64,000 bases of DNA from an uncultured delta proteobacterium (GTDB lineage Bacteria > Myxococcota_A > Polyangia > Polyangiales > Polyangiaceae). The stretch is from contig CAVQUB010000015.1 of NCBI GenBank assembly GCA_963716725.1, positions 96,001 to 160,000 of the forward strand, given 5' to 3'. Of this stretch, positions 1 to 11,947 are shown piece by piece. The translations under genes were made by a program, and so were the position numbers. Within the stretch, counting starts at the first letter, position 1, and the number at the start of each line of letters is the position of its first letter. The notes beneath the pieces were generated by a model. That model had not been told where the DNA came from, did not search any database, and saw only the letters and a list, made by a program, of their open reading frames with translations.

Positions 1-67
1 GGCTCGCGCCGCCCTGATTCTGCTCCGCCCGCGCTCGCGCGGCGGATCCCCAATCGTGAGAGGTTCG

Positions 68-1207
68 ATGACGTCAGCAGCACACGAGAGCATCTACAGA
101 GCGGCGGAAAGCGACGGCGACGGCGACGTCGTGCGCGTCCTCGGCCCCGATGGGAGCTTGGACGCGGAAAACGACCCGAGGCTCAGCGCCGAAGAGGTCG
201 TGCATCTGTACCGACACATGCTCCTGACGCGCCTGATCGACGAGCGCCTGGTGATGCTGCAGCGTCAGGGACGCATCGGCTTCCACATCGGCTCATTGGG
301 CGAAGAAGCCTCGATCATTGGCTCGGCTTACGCGGTCCGAACGCAGGACTGGCTCTTCCCCTGCTATCGCGAGTTCGGCGCGGCGTTGCTGCGCGGCATG
401 CCGCTCCAGGGCTACTTCGACAACATGTTCGGCAACGCCAACGATCCGGCGAAGGGTCGCCAGATGCCGGATCACTACACCTGCAGGGCGGCTCAGTTCG
501 GCAGCGTGAGTTCGCCGATCGGCACCCAGATCACGCAGGCGGTGGGTTTTGCGTGGGCCGCCAAGATCCAGAAGAAAGACCTGGTGGCGCTCACTTACTT
601 CGGCGAGGGCGCGACCAGCTCGAACGAGTTCCACAACGGTCTGAACTTCGCCGGTGTCTTCAAGACGCCCACCGTGTTCCTGTGCCGCAACAACGGCTGG
701 GCCATCAGCGTGCCTGCCGAGCGCCAGACGGCGAGCCGTACCTTCGCCGAGAAGGGCGTCGCCTACGGGGTGCCCGCCGTGCGGGTGGACGGCAACGATA
801 TCTTCGCGATGATCGCGGTGACTCGCGACGCGGTTCGGCGGGCGGCCGCCGGCGAGGGACCCACGCTGATCGAAGCCATCACCTATCGAATGGGAGGCCA
901 CTCGACCAGCGACGACCCCACGCGCTACCGCGACCAGAGCGTGCTCAGCCCCTGGACCAGCCGCGACCCGCTGGCCCGCCTCCGAGGCTACTTGGACAAG
1001 CAGGGCTGGTTTTCCGATGAGGAAGAGCAGAAGGCCAAGGTCGAAATCGATGCGCGCCTGAAGCAGGCCGTCGAGACCGCGGAGAGCACCCCGCCCCCGA
1101 CGCTCGAGTCGATGTTCGACGACGTGTTCGAAGAGTTGCCCTGGCACCTCCGTGAGCAACGAGACGAGTTGCTCCAAGGCCCCCGCGCCCCTGCGGCACA
1201 TCACTGA
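68..1207 (+). CDS. 2-oxoacid (pyruvate/branched-chain) dehydrogenase E1 alpha subunit
   Basis: TPP-binding motif FGEGATS...NNGWAIS and TYRMGGHSTSDDP loop; first gene of E1a-E1b-E2 cluster; start could also be GTG at 56. Confidence 0.92.
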   Translation: MTSAAHESIYRAAESDGDGDVVRVLGPDGSLDAENDPRLSAEEVVHLYRHMLLTRLIDERLVMLQRQGRIGFHIGSLGEEASIIGSAYAVRTQDWLFPCYREFGAALLRGMPLQGYFDNMFGNANDPAKGRQMPDHYTCRAAQFGSVSSPIGTQITQAVGFAWAAKIQKKDLVALTYFGEGATSSNEFHNGLNFAGVFKTPTVFLCRNNGWAISVPAERQTASRTFAEKGVAYGVPAVRVDGNDIFAMIAVTRDAVRRAAAGEGPTLIEAITYRMGGHSTSDDPTRYRDQSVLSPWTSRDPLARLRGYLDKQGWFSDEEEQKAKVEIDARLKQAVETAESTPPPTLESMFDDVFEELPWHLREQRDELLQGPRAPAAHH

Positions 1208-1276
1208 ATCACGCCGGCGCGGGCTCGCCTGCGCCGGTCAGCGCTCACCCAGATCCGGTCGAGGAATAGAATCGTC

Positions 1277-2253
1277 ATGACTCAGATGAACATGGTGCAG
1301 GCCATCAACGACGCGCTTCGCCTCGAGATGCGCAAAGACGAGCGCGTGGTGGTCCTGGGCGAGGACGTCGGCAAGGTCGGCGGCGTGTTCCGCGTCACCA
1401 GCGGGCTCTACGACGAGTTCGGTGACGCGCGCGTCGTCGACACGCCGCTCTCCGAGGGCGGCATCATCGGCGCTGCCGTCGGCATGGCGCTGTACGGCCT
1501 GATCCCGGTGCCCGAGATCCAGTTCTCGGACTTCATCTGGCCCGCCTACGACCAGATCGTGAGCGAGGTTGCGAAGCTCCGTTACCGCTCCGGCGGCGAG
1601 TACCCCTCGAAGATGGTGATCCGGACGCCGGTGGGCGGCGGCATCCGTGGCGGGCACTACCACTCGCAGCACCCGAGGCGCAGTTCATCCACGTCGCGGG
1701 GCTCAAGGTCGTCTGTCCCTCGAACCCCTACGACGCCAAGGGCCTGCTCCTGGCGTCTATCGCCGACCCGGATCCGGTGCTGTTCTTCGAGCCCAAGCGC
1801 ATCTACCGCGCGGCGAAGGGCGACGTGCCCGAGGGCGAGTACACCGTGCCGCTCGAGAGCGCTGCGGTCGTGCGCGAGGGAACTCACGTCACCCTCTTCG
1901 CCTATGGCGCCATGCTCTACGAGGCGCTCGACGCTGCGCAGAAGGCCGCCGAGCAGGGCGTCGAGACCGAGGTCGTCGATCTGCGCACGCTCTGGCCGGT
2001 GGACATCGAGACCATCATCGGCAGCGTGAAGAAGACCGGGCGCCTGATCATCGTTCACGAGGCGCCCAAGACCTGCGGCTTCGGATCGGAGCTCGTGAGC
2101 CTGGTCTGCGAGAAGGCCTTCTACCACCTCGAGGCGCCGCCGGTTCGGGTGACCGGCTACGACACTCCCTTCCCCTACACGCTCGAGATGGAATACCTGC
2201 CGCTCTCGCACCGTATCCTGCCTGCCATCCTCGACACGGCCCGCGCCGTCTGA
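1277..2253 (+). CDS. 2-oxoacid dehydrogenase E1 beta subunit (one-base frameshift near 1672, probable sequence error)
   Basis: N-half GEDVG..GGVFR..DTPLSE in ORF 1277; C-half [21 protein letters not shown] in ORF 1777; adding one C to CACCCGAG restores HSQHPEAQFIH. Confidence 0.9.
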
Positions 2254-2269
2254 AATTCGGAGCCGACCC

Positions 2270-3658
2270 ATGAGCAATTTCGAGTTCAAGCTGCCGGACA
2301 TCGGCGAAGGCGTGACCGAGGGCGAGATCGTCAGTTGGCTGATCAAGGAGGGCGACATCGTCCGCGAAGATCAGGAGATGGTCGAGGTGATGACCGACAA
2401 GGCGACGGTCACCATCGGCGCGCCGAAGGCGGGCACCGTCCTCCGGCTCGGCGGCAAGGTCGGCGAGATCGTTCCGGTGGGGCAGGTCCTGGTGGTGCTG
2501 GCGGTCGGGGGAGCGGCCGCGCCGGCGGTGGCGCCGCACGCTGCGCAGGCCGCGCCGACGTCCCCGAGCCAGGACGGTCCCGCTGCCACGGCGGTGGGCG
2601 ACATCCGGGAGGTGCTCCCGGGCATGGGCGCGCTGGCCGCCAAGAAGCCGGCTCCGGTCATCGCGCCCAGCGGCAGCGGCGGTGGCTACTTCCACGACAA
2701 GCCGCTGGCCGCGCCTGCCACTCGCAAGCTCGCACGGGAGATGGGCGTGGACCTCCGTCACGTTCCGCCGACCGGGTCAGCGAGCCGCGTCACCCGGGAC
2801 GACGTCGAGAGCTTCGCGGTCCGCGGCAAGGTCTCCGCGCCCATCATTCATATGCCTGCCTCGGACGTCTCGGTGCACCACGCCGTCACGGTCGTTCCGC
2901 AGGCGCCGCCCGCCTCGGCAAAGCGGCCCGAGATTGCCGCGCCGCAGCGCGTGGTCGGCGACCAACGGGTGCCGCTGCGCGGTATGCGCAAGCGCATCTA
3001 CGAGAACATGGCTCGCAGCAAGCACACTGCGGCCCACTTCACCTACGTGGACGAGTGCGACGTTGGGGCGCTCAAGGCGTTGCGCGATCGCACGCGTAGC
3101 TTTGCCGAACGCGACGGAGTCAAGCTCACCTTCTTGCCCTTCATCGTCAAGGCGGTGGTCGCGGCGCTCAAGCGACATCCGGCGCTCAACTGTCTGGTCG
3201 ACGACGCCGCGGGTGAGATCATCCTCAAGGGCAGCTACGACATCGGAGTCGCCGCGGCGACCGAGGCCGGACTCATCGTTCCGGTGGTGCGCGGTGCCGA
3301 TCGACTGAGCATCTTGGAGATCGCAGCAGAGCTCGATCGGCTCGCGCAGGACGCGCGCGTGGGCAAGAGCCGGATGGAAGACCTCGGCGGGTCTTCGTTC
3401 ACCATCACCTCGCTGGGCAAAATGGGCGGGCTGTTCGCCACGCCCATCGTGAACTACCCCGAGGTGGCCATCGTGGGCATTCACGAGATGAAGCGACGGC
3501 CCGTCGTCAAGGGTGACCAGATCGTAATCGGCGACGTGATGCTGCTCAGCCTGAGCTTCGACCATCGCATCATCGACGGCCATGTCGGTGCGGCCTTCGC
3601 CCAGGAGCTCATCGGGCTGCTCGAGGAGCCGGACCGCTTGCTGGTCAGCATGGCGTGA
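2270..3658 (+). CDS. dihydrolipoamide acyltransferase (E2)
   Basis: Lipoyl domain EVMTDKA, E3-binding AAPATRKLARE, catalytic DHRIIDG. Confidence 0.95.
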   Translation: MSNFEFKLPDIGEGVTEGEIVSWLIKEGDIVREDQEMVEVMTDKATVTIGAPKAGTVLRLGGKVGEIVPVGQVLVVLAVGGAAAPAVAPHAAQAAPTSPSQDGPAATAVGDIREVLPGMGALAAKKPAPVIAPSGSGGGYFHDKPLAAPATRKLAREMGVDLRHVPPTGSASRVTRDDVESFAVRGKVSAPIIHMPASDVSVHHAVTVVPQAPPASAKRPEIAAPQRVVGDQRVPLRGMRKRIYENMARSKHTAAHFTYVDECDVGALKALRDRTRSFAERDGVKLTFLPFIVKAVVAALKRHPALNCLVDDAAGEIILKGSYDIGVAAATEAGLIVPVVRGADRLSILEIAAELDRLAQDARVGKSRMEDLGGSSFTITSLGKMGGLFATPIVNYPEVAIVGIHEMKRRPVVKGDQIVIGDVMLLSLSFDHRIIDGHVGAAFAQELIGLLEEPDRLLVSMA

Positions 3659-3741
3659 CTCGCACCCTGTGGGTGCGGGTGTGCGGCCGCCCACAGGTCG
3701 CCGCTGCGGGTGATTGAGTGTAGGCTTGGCGCTTGATTCGC

Positions 3742-4755
3742 ATGAGGGGACTCGTCGACTCAAGAGCACGCCTTGGCCAGATGGCCATGGCCGTGCTGTT
3801 GCTGTCGAGTCCCGTCGCCCGCGCTGCGCCGACCGCGGACGACGTCAAGGCCGCCGCAGTGGCCTTCGATCTCGGCAAGGCGGCCTACAAGAAGCAGAAC
3901 TGGGTCGAGGCCGCCGAACAATTCGAAGCTGCGGACTCCCGCGCGCCCAGCGCGGCGGCGCTCGAACTGGCGTTGCGCTCCCGGGACAAGGCCGGACAGA
4001 TCGATCGCGCGGCAATCTTGGCCGAGTTGGGGCTCGAACGTCACTCGGGCGAGCCTGCGCTGAAGAAGCTCGCGACGTCGGTGATCGCGCGGGCAAAGAG
4101 GGAACTCTACACCCTGCACGTGAGCTGTCGGCCCGCGTGTGATCTCGTGCTCGGGACCATCCTGGTTCATGGCGAGGCGTCGACCGCGCGCACGGTCTAC
4201 CTCGTGCCGGGCGAGGTACGGGTCAGCGCGAGCTGGTCGGGACGACGCGCCCGCGCGGCGCCCATCCAAGCGGTCGCTGGAGGCAGCAGCCAGAGCGCCT
4301 TCACGCCGCCGGAGCCGGCGCCGGAGCCGAGGGACGAGCAGCAGAAGTCCGAGGGGCCCGCGCCCACACCGGCGGTGGTGAAGGTCACGCCGGCGCGCGA
4401 CCCCGGCGCCGACGCGGGCGGCGGGCTGCCTCCGGTGTTGTTCTTCGTCGGTGCGGGACTCACCGCCGTCGCCGCGGGCGTGACGGTCTGGAGCGGCATC
4501 GACACACAGAACAACCCTGGCGCCGACACGGTGCGAACGGAGTGTACCGGGCAGGGCACCAGCTGTCCGGCGTATCAGGACGGCCTCGATCGGCAGCGGC
4601 GCACCAACATCTTGCTGGGAGTGACCGCGGGGCTCGCGGTGACGACCGGCGTGATCGGTGCGCTGCTGACGGACTGGTCTGGAAAGCCGGCGCAGAGCGC
4701 CCGGCTCGAGCCCTGGTTGGGCGTCGGCTCGGTTGGCGCTCGGGGGAGGTTCTAG
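3742..4755 (+). CDS. secreted/membrane TPR-like (PEGA-associated type) protein
   Basis: Signal-like N-terminus, TPR-like helices (AFDLGKAAYKKQNWVEAAEQFEAAD), Pro-rich linker, C-terminal hydrophobic helices; start uncertain. Confidence 0.6.
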   Translation: MRGLVDSRARLGQMAMAVLLLSSPVARAAPTADDVKAAAVAFDLGKAAYKKQNWVEAAEQFEAADSRAPSAAALELALRSRDKAGQIDRAAILAELGLERHSGEPALKKLATSVIARAKRELYTLHVSCRPACDLVLGTILVHGEASTARTVYLVPGEVRVSASWSGRRARAAPIQAVAGGSSQSAFTPPEPAPEPRDEQQKSEGPAPTPAVVKVTPARDPGADAGGGLPPVLFFVGAGLTAVAAGVTVWSGIDTQNNPGADTVRTECTGQGTSCPAYQDGLDRQRRTNILLGVTAGLAVTTGVIGALLTDWSGKPAQSARLEPWLGVGSVGARGRF

Positions 4756-4759
4756 CGTC

Positions 4760-6223
<1,464 letters not shown>

Positions 6224-6227
6224 CCCG

Positions 6228-6428
6228 TCAGGGGTGCTCCTTGGCCCACGAGTAGGCGGTGTACGCGGCGGCGAGGTGACAGACCCAGCCCACCAGGCCG
6301 CCGGTCCCGATCCAGAGCCCCGGCGTGACGATCAACCAAAACAGGCCGCGCAGGAACTTGCCGTTGTAGAACTGCCCGACCCCCGGGATCACGAACGACA
6401 GCACGGCGGCGATGCCCGGTTTGCTCAT
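6228..6428 (-). CDS. small TM2-like membrane protein
   Basis: AAVLSFVIPGVGQFYNG motif plus hydrophobic helices. Confidence 0.7.
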   Translation of the reverse strand: MSKPGIAAVLSFVIPGVGQFYNGKFLRGLFWLIVTPGLWIGTGGLVGWVCHLAAAYTAYSWAKEHP

Positions 6429-6496
6429 TTGGCCCAAGATGGGAGTGGCGCCCGAGGTGTCAACCAGCGCGGCATTCCGGGCCACCGGTCTCCGCG

Positions 6497-6525
6497 TTGA
6501 CACCCGGGGGGTTGGCTGCTAGTTC
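6497..6525 (+). promoter_or_regulatory. putative sigma70 promoter of the prs-rplY-pth operon
   Basis: TTGACA (6497-6502), 17-bp spacer, extended TG-n-TAGTTC (6520-6525). Confidence 0.55.
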
Positions 6526-6594
6526 TCGCCACCCGTTTCTCCCCGGACCAGGGTTTGTTCGTCCTTTCGCGGGGTTAGCGGGCGGGTACGAGCC

Positions 6595-7542
6595 GTGGCC
6601 GTCAAGCGAATTTGTCTGTTCACCGGGAACGCGAATCCCGAGCTGGCGCAAGAGATCTCTCGGGTCTTGGGCTCGCCCATGGGTGAAGCTCGCGTCTCGC
6701 GCTTCAGCGACGGCGAGACCTTCTGCGAGATCCGCGAGAACGTCCGCGGGCTCGACACCTACGTCGTCCAGCCCACGAGCTCGCCGGTCAACGACAACGT
6801 GATGGAGTTGCTCATTCTCTGCGACGCGCTTCGACGCGCCTCAGCGGCATCCATCACCGCGGTCATCCCTTACTACGGCTACGCCCGGCAAGACCGCAAG
6901 GTCGCGCCGCGCACGCCGATCACGAGCAAACTCGTCGCCGACGTGCTGGTGACCGCAGGCGTCAACCGCGTCGTCTGCGTCGACCTGCACGCCGGTCAGA
7001 TCCAGGGTTTCTTCAACATCCCCTCCGATCATTTGTACGCATTGCCGGTGTTTCTCGACGACTACCTGAAGCACCGCTTCGACGAAAACGCCGTGGTCAT
7101 CTCGCCGGACGCCGGCGGCGTCGAGCGTGCGCGGGCCTACAGCAAACGCCTTGGCGCGTCGCTGGCCATCGTCGACAAGCGTCGCGAGCACGCCAACGTC
7201 AGCGAGGTCATGAACATCATCGGTGACGTCGAGGGTCTCGACTGCATCATCATCGACGACATCATCGATACCGCAGGCACGTTGTGCAACGCCGCTCGCG
7301 CGCTCATGGACCACGGCGCCAAGAGCGTTGTCGCCTGCGCTACCCACGGCGTGCTCAGCGGCCCGGCCATTCAGCGCATCCAGGAGTCGGCCCTCAAAGA
7401 GGTGGTCGTGACCAACTCCATCGCGCCCTCGGAAGAGGCGCGCGCCTGCAGCAAGATCAAGGTGCTCAGCATCGGGCGCCTGCTCGGCGAAGCGATTCGC
7501 CGCATCCACAACAGTGATTCCGTGAGCTCGCTCTTCGTCTGA
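6595..7542 (+). CDS. prs: ribose-phosphate pyrophosphokinase
   Basis: [36 protein letters not shown]. Confidence 0.97.
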   Translation: MAVKRICLFTGNANPELAQEISRVLGSPMGEARVSRFSDGETFCEIRENVRGLDTYVVQPTSSPVNDNVMELLILCDALRRASAASITAVIPYYGYARQDRKVAPRTPITSKLVADVLVTAGVNRVVCVDLHAGQIQGFFNIPSDHLYALPVFLDDYLKHRFDENAVVISPDAGGVERARAYSKRLGASLAIVDKRREHANVSEVMNIIGDVEGLDCIIIDDIIDTAGTLCNAARALMDHGAKSVVACATHGVLSGPAIQRIQESALKEVVVTNSIAPSEEARACSKIKVLSIGRLLGEAIRRIHNSDSVSSLFV

Positions 7543-7569
7543 GCTCGCCGAGGTTCGAAGGAAATCGTC

Positions 7570-8244
7570 ATGCAGCTCGCCAAAGTCACCGCATCTCACC
7601 GCCAGATCTCCGGAAAGAACGTCTCGCGTCGCATGCGCGCCGCGGGCTCCATCCCCGCCGTTGCCTATGGCAAGGGCGAACCCGCCCTGAACATCGCGGT
7701 GTCGCCCAAGGACTTGATCGGGGTGCTCGCCCAGCCGCTGGGACGCAACTCGCCCATCGAACTCGACGTGGACGGCAAAGAGAAGCTGACCGTGCTTCTG
7801 GCCGACTACCAGTACCACCCCGTGTCTCGCGCCCTCTTGCACGCGGACTTCCTGAAGATCGCCCTCGACGCCGCCGTCGACGTCGAGGTGCCCTTCGAAC
7901 TCACCGGCAAGGCCAAGGGCGTGGTGGCCGGTGGCGAGCAGCGCCAGGTCTTCCGCAAGCTCCCGGTGCGTTGTCTGCCCAAGGACATCCCCGTCAAGCT
8001 GGTCCACGACATCACCGAGCTCGAACTCGACGAGTCGTTGCCGGTCAGCGCGCTCGCGCTGCCGGAAGGCGTCAGCATCCGCCTACCCGCGGAGCAGACC
8101 ATCGCCGCCGTCGTGACCATGAAGAAGATCGTCGAAGAAGAAACGGCTGCGACTCCGGCGGCAGGAGCTGGCGCGGCGGCCGGTGCCACCCCGGCAGCCG
8201 GCGCTGCGCCGGCCAAGGCCGAAGGCAAGTCCGAGAAGAAGTGA
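7570..8244 (+). CDS. rplY: 50S ribosomal protein L25 (Ctc/TL5 type)
   Basis: IPAVAYG, QYHPVSRALLHADF; position between prs and pth. Confidence 0.93.
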   Translation: MQLAKVTASHRQISGKNVSRRMRAAGSIPAVAYGKGEPALNIAVSPKDLIGVLAQPLGRNSPIELDVDGKEKLTVLLADYQYHPVSRALLHADFLKIALDAAVDVEVPFELTGKAKGVVAGGEQRQVFRKLPVRCLPKDIPVKLVHDITELELDESLPVSALALPEGVSIRLPAEQTIAAVVTMKKIVEEETAATPAAGAGAAAGATPAAGAAPAKAEGKSEKK

Positions 8245-8816
8245 TCCTGGTCGTTGGCCTGGGCAACCCGGGCCCGCGCTACGAATCGACTCGACACAAC
8301 GTCGGCGTGATGGTCGTCGAGCGCGCGGTTGTCCGCGCGCGCGGCGGCCCGTGGCGCGAGCGGTTCAGCGGTCGAGTCGCGCCGCTGTGCCTCGACGACG
8401 CCCCGCTGCTGGCGCTACTGCCTCAGACCTTCATGAACGAGTCGGGGCGCAGCGTTCAGCCTTGCGCAGCGTTCCACCGGATCGAGCCGGGCTCCGTGCT
8501 CTTGGTCCACGACGAACTCGACCTGCCCCTCGGCCAGCTCCGCCTCAAGCAGGGTGGGGGAGACGCCGGCCACCGCGGGATCCGCTCGATCAGCGCCCAC
8601 CTGGGGCCGGAGACGATGCGCCTGCGCGTCGGGATTGGGCGCCCGCCGCCAGAATTTGGGGGTGACGTGGCAGATTTCGTGTTACAGGCGTTCGCCCCTC
8701 AGGAACGGGCGGCCCTCGATGAGGTGCTCGAACGGTCCGTCGAGGCAATTTCGCTCCTCGCCAGCCGGGGTCTTCCGGCAGCGATGAACGAAAGCCATCA
8801 GCGCAACCCGCGTTGA
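8241..8816 (+). CDS. pth: peptidyl-tRNA hydrolase
   Basis: VGLGNPG..TRHNVG, PQTFMNESG, HDELD, GHRG, RLRVGIGRP; GTGA overlap with rplY. Confidence 0.95.
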   Translation: MILVVGLGNPGPRYESTRHNVGVMVVERAVVRARGGPWRERFSGRVAPLCLDDAPLLALLPQTFMNESGRSVQPCAAFHRIEPGSVLLVHDELDLPLGQLRLKQGGGDAGHRGIRSISAHLGPETMRLRVGIGRPPPEFGGDVADFVLQAFAPQERAALDEVLERSVEAISLLASRGLPAAMNESHQRNPR

Positions 8817-8867
8817 TGGCTCCTTGCTCCCGATTTGCTCGGGGGCCGAAGTCCAGAAGGAGAAAAC

Positions 8868-9389
8868 ATGGTCGAGACCAGCACGGCGAGCCCAAGAGCT
8901 CGCGAATACGAAACCATCTACATCATGCGACCGAGCGTGGTGAAAGAGGCCGCGGAGAAGGTCGCGACCCGCGTCGAGGAAGTCGTCGGACGTGAGGGCG
9001 GCAAGCTGACCCAGGTCGAGACCTGGGGGCGGCGGGCGCTCGCGTATCCGGTAGCCAAGCAGCGTCGTGGCGTCTACGTCTACGTGAAGTACTGGGGCGG
9101 CGGCGCGCTCGTCAGCGAGCTCGAGCGAAACCTTCGGATGCTCGACGACGTGATCAAGTACCAAACCGTGCAGACCGGGTCCGAGACCGAGCTCGCGGGC
9201 GTCGCGGTGGACCCCGAAGCCGTGAAGTTCGAGGCCATCGAGGCTCCGGGTGAAGAGGAACAAGAGTACTCGCTGGAGCGGGAGCTCGGGCTGGTCGACA
9301 GCCCGGATGCACATTCGATGCGAGACGACAGCTACGATGACGAGGCCGAGGTTTTGGCGGCCGTCGGTGACGACGAGGAGGAAAAGTGA
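8868..9389 (+). CDS. rpsF: 30S ribosomal protein S6 with acidic C-terminal extension
   Basis: [29 protein letters not shown] before ATG 8868. Confidence 0.95.
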   Translation: MVETSTASPRAREYETIYIMRPSVVKEAAEKVATRVEEVVGREGGKLTQVETWGRRALAYPVAKQRRGVYVYVKYWGGGALVSELERNLRMLDDVIKYQTVQTGSETELAGVAVDPEAVKFEAIEAPGEEEQEYSLERELGLVDSPDAHSMRDDSYDDEAEVLAAVGDDEEEK

Positions 9390-9658
9390 GAGACAAAGAC
9401 CGAGGCTCGGTTCCGCCGCCTCCCGGCGGAGAGATGGGCGGTTTCCGCCGCACTCGCCGCCGTGGATGCACCTACTGTTCCGACGAAACGCAGAAGATCG
9501 ACTACAAGGATCCGCAGTCGCTTCGCTATTTCGTCACGGAACGCGGCAAGATCGTGCCGCGCCGCATCTCGGGCGCGTGTGCCAAGCACCAGCGCGAGAT
9601 CCAGATAGCTGTCAAGCGCGCGCGCAACATCGCGCTCTTGCCCTTCACCTCCAACTGA
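9386..9658 (+). CDS. rpsR: 30S ribosomal protein S18 (Zn-binding type)
   Basis: [28 protein letters not shown]. Confidence 0.96.
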   Translation: MRDKDRGSVPPPPGGEMGGFRRTRRRGCTYCSDETQKIDYKDPQSLRYFVTERGKIVPRRISGACAKHQREIQIAVKRARNIALLPFTSN

Positions 9659-9668
9659 CGAGGCGACC

Positions 9669-10130
9669 ATGGCTACTCCCATCAAAGTCGTGCTCAGCGA
9701 GGACGTGGACAGCCTCGGCTCGAGCGGTGACGTCGTCCGGGTCCGCCCGGGCTACGCACGCAACTACTTGATCCCGCGCGGCCTCGCCGTTCCGGCAACG
9801 GAGTCGAACTTGGCGCGTGTGGGAGACCTCAAGCGCGCGGCAGCCGCGCGAGCTCAGAGCGAGCTCGTGGCCGCCGAAGAAGTGGCGAAGAAGATCGGCG
9901 GCGTCAGTGTGAAGATCGCGCGGGCCGTGGGTGAAGAGAACAAGATGTACGGTTCCGTCACCACTCGCGATATCGAAGAAGCGTTCGCAAGCGCGGGCGT
10001 CGAGATCGATCGCAAGCGGCTCGTGCTCCCCGAGCCGATCAAGCTCCTCGGTCTGCACGACGTGACGCTCAAGCTGCACCCGAGCGTCAGCGTGCAACTC
10101 AAGGTGGAGGTCGTGAAAGAAGGCGCCTGA
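9669..10130 (+). CDS. rplI: 50S ribosomal protein L9
   Basis: GDVVRVRPGYARNYLIPRG, KMYGSVT. Confidence 0.97.
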   Translation: MATPIKVVLSEDVDSLGSSGDVVRVRPGYARNYLIPRGLAVPATESNLARVGDLKRAAAARAQSELVAAEEVAKKIGGVSVKIARAVGEENKMYGSVTTRDIEEAFASAGVEIDRKRLVLPEPIKLLGLHDVTLKLHPSVSVQLKVEVVKEGA

Positions 10131-10358
10131 GCCTTTGGCGACTTTCAAGCTTGAATTGCGTCACCGCTTCTGAGAGAAGCGGACACGGTCACCCCGGCTG
10201 CCTCGTGCACGCCGGGGTGTCGTGCATTTGGCAACCTGGGGACAACTCGTGGAACTCATCTGGAGAACCTCGGGATTGCCCCGGTTACGAAGCGGGGTTC
10301 GAGCCCCGGAACTTTCCTGACCGATCTGGCGGCGGGAATTGCGCTAGGCGAACGAAGC

Positions 10359-11867
10359 ATGCAGGCAGAACGACACGGGCAACGGGATCTGGCTCACGAG
10401 CTCCGCCCGGCAGGGGGGCGGGTACCGCCGCACGATCTCGACGCCGAAGCCGCGGTGCTGTCGGCGGTGCTGCTCGCCGCAGAGGCCTTCGACCGCGTGC
10501 AGGAGACGCTGTCGCCCGAGCACTTCTACGCCGAGGCGCACCGTCGCATCTACGAGGCCGTGCTCGATCTGCACACCTCGGGCAAGCAGGTCGATCTCGT
10601 CACCGTCGCGGCCTGGCTGCGCGATCGTGAGCGCATCGGGCAGGTGGGCGGCATGGAGTACCTCGCTCAGCTGTCGGACGCGACGCCGGCCGTGGCCCAT
10701 GTTGGGGCTCACGCCACGTTGATCCGCGAGAAGTGGCGCATGCGCCAGCTCATCGCCACCTGCCAGCGGGTGGCCGCCGAGGGCTACACCAACTCCGAGG
10801 AGGTCCAGGCCTTCATCGACCAGGCCGAACAGTCGGTGTTCGACATCGCTCGGATCGCGGAGGGGTCCTCCATCGTGACCGTCAAGGACGCCATCCACGG
10901 GGCGTTCCAGATCTTGGCGGAAGCGGCCAAGCGCGGCGGCGGCATCACCGGCACGCCCACCGGCTTTCGGCAGCTCGACCGCAAGATCGCCGGGCTCCAC
11001 CCGGGCGACCTCTACATCGTGGCCGGTCGCCCGGGCATGGGTAAGACCTCGCTGGTGCTCAACATGGCGGTGAACGTGGCGATGCCGCGACGGAAGGCCG
11101 TGGCCGAGAACTCCGAACCCTACGGCGAAGGCGACATCGAAGAGCCGGGGGACGGCGTTGCCTTCTTCTCTCTCGAAATGCCCCGCGAGCAACTCGCGGC
11201 GCGGCTTTTGTCGGTCGAAGCACGCGTGGACGTCTCGCGCATTCGCAGTGGCGAGATCCGCCGCGAAGACTGGAACAAGCTGACGGACGCGGCGGCGCGG
11301 CTCGGGCGTCTCCCGATCTGGCTCGACGACACTCCGGCGCTCACTCTGCTCGATCTCCGAGCCAAGGTCCGACGGCTGCAAGCCGACGTGAAGCGCGGGG
11401 ATGCCCCCGGGGGCGCGACCAAAATCGGCATGGTCTGCATCGACTACCTGCAGCTGATGCAGGGGCGTCGCGATGCAGGCAGCCGCGAGCAAGAGATCAG
11501 CGAGCTGTCGCGTGGGCTCAAGCAGCTCGCCAAGGAGATGGGTGTGCCCGTGATGGCGCTCTCACAGCTCAACCGATCGGTGGAGACACGGACGACCAAG
11601 GACAAACGCCCGCAGCTCAGTGATCTGCGTGAGTCGGGCGCCATCGAGCAGGACGCCGACGCCATCTTCTTCATCTACCGCGACGAATACTACTTCAAGG
11701 ACAGCCCCGACCGTGGCATCGCCGAGATCATCGTGGCCAAGCAGAGGAACGGTCCGACCGGATCGATAAAGGTGAAGTTCACCTCGGAATTCACCCGTTT
11801 CGACGACCTGGCACCCGACGAGTACGACTTCGACGAGCTGGACGAGTTCGACGCCGGGGCGGCCTAG
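10359..11867 (+). CDS. dnaB: replicative DNA helicase
   Basis: PPHDLDAE, Walker A GRPGMGKT, FSLEM, IDYLQL, SDLRESGAIEQDAD, KQRNGPTG. Confidence 0.97.
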   Translation: MQAERHGQRDLAHELRPAGGRVPPHDLDAEAAVLSAVLLAAEAFDRVQETLSPEHFYAEAHRRIYEAVLDLHTSGKQVDLVTVAAWLRDRERIGQVGGMEYLAQLSDATPAVAHVGAHATLIREKWRMRQLIATCQRVAAEGYTNSEEVQAFIDQAEQSVFDIARIAEGSSIVTVKDAIHGAFQILAEAAKRGGGITGTPTGFRQLDRKIAGLHPGDLYIVAGRPGMGKTSLVLNMAVNVAMPRRKAVAENSEPYGEGDIEEPGDGVAFFSLEMPREQLAARLLSVEARVDVSRIRSGEIRREDWNKLTDAAARLGRLPIWLDDTPALTLLDLRAKVRRLQADVKRGDAPGGATKIGMVCIDYLQLMQGRRDAGSREQEISELSRGLKQLAKEMGVPVMALSQLNRSVETRTTKDKRPQLSDLRESGAIEQDADAIFFIYRDEYYFKDSPDRGIAEIIVAKQRNGPTGSIKVKFTSEFTRFDDLAPDEYDFDELDEFDAGAA

Positions 11868-11947
11868 CCCCGGGCCGTGGCGCGAGGCCCAGTCGCCCGC
11901 GCCGGGCTTGGGCTCGGAACCGTCGCCCGTGCTACGCTGCCCGCGCG

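Noticed and set aside
10290..10310. GGGGTTCGAGCCCC resembling a tRNA T arm
   Set aside because: No D arm, anticodon arm or acceptor stem, and the loop register is wrong; treated as a simple hairpin.
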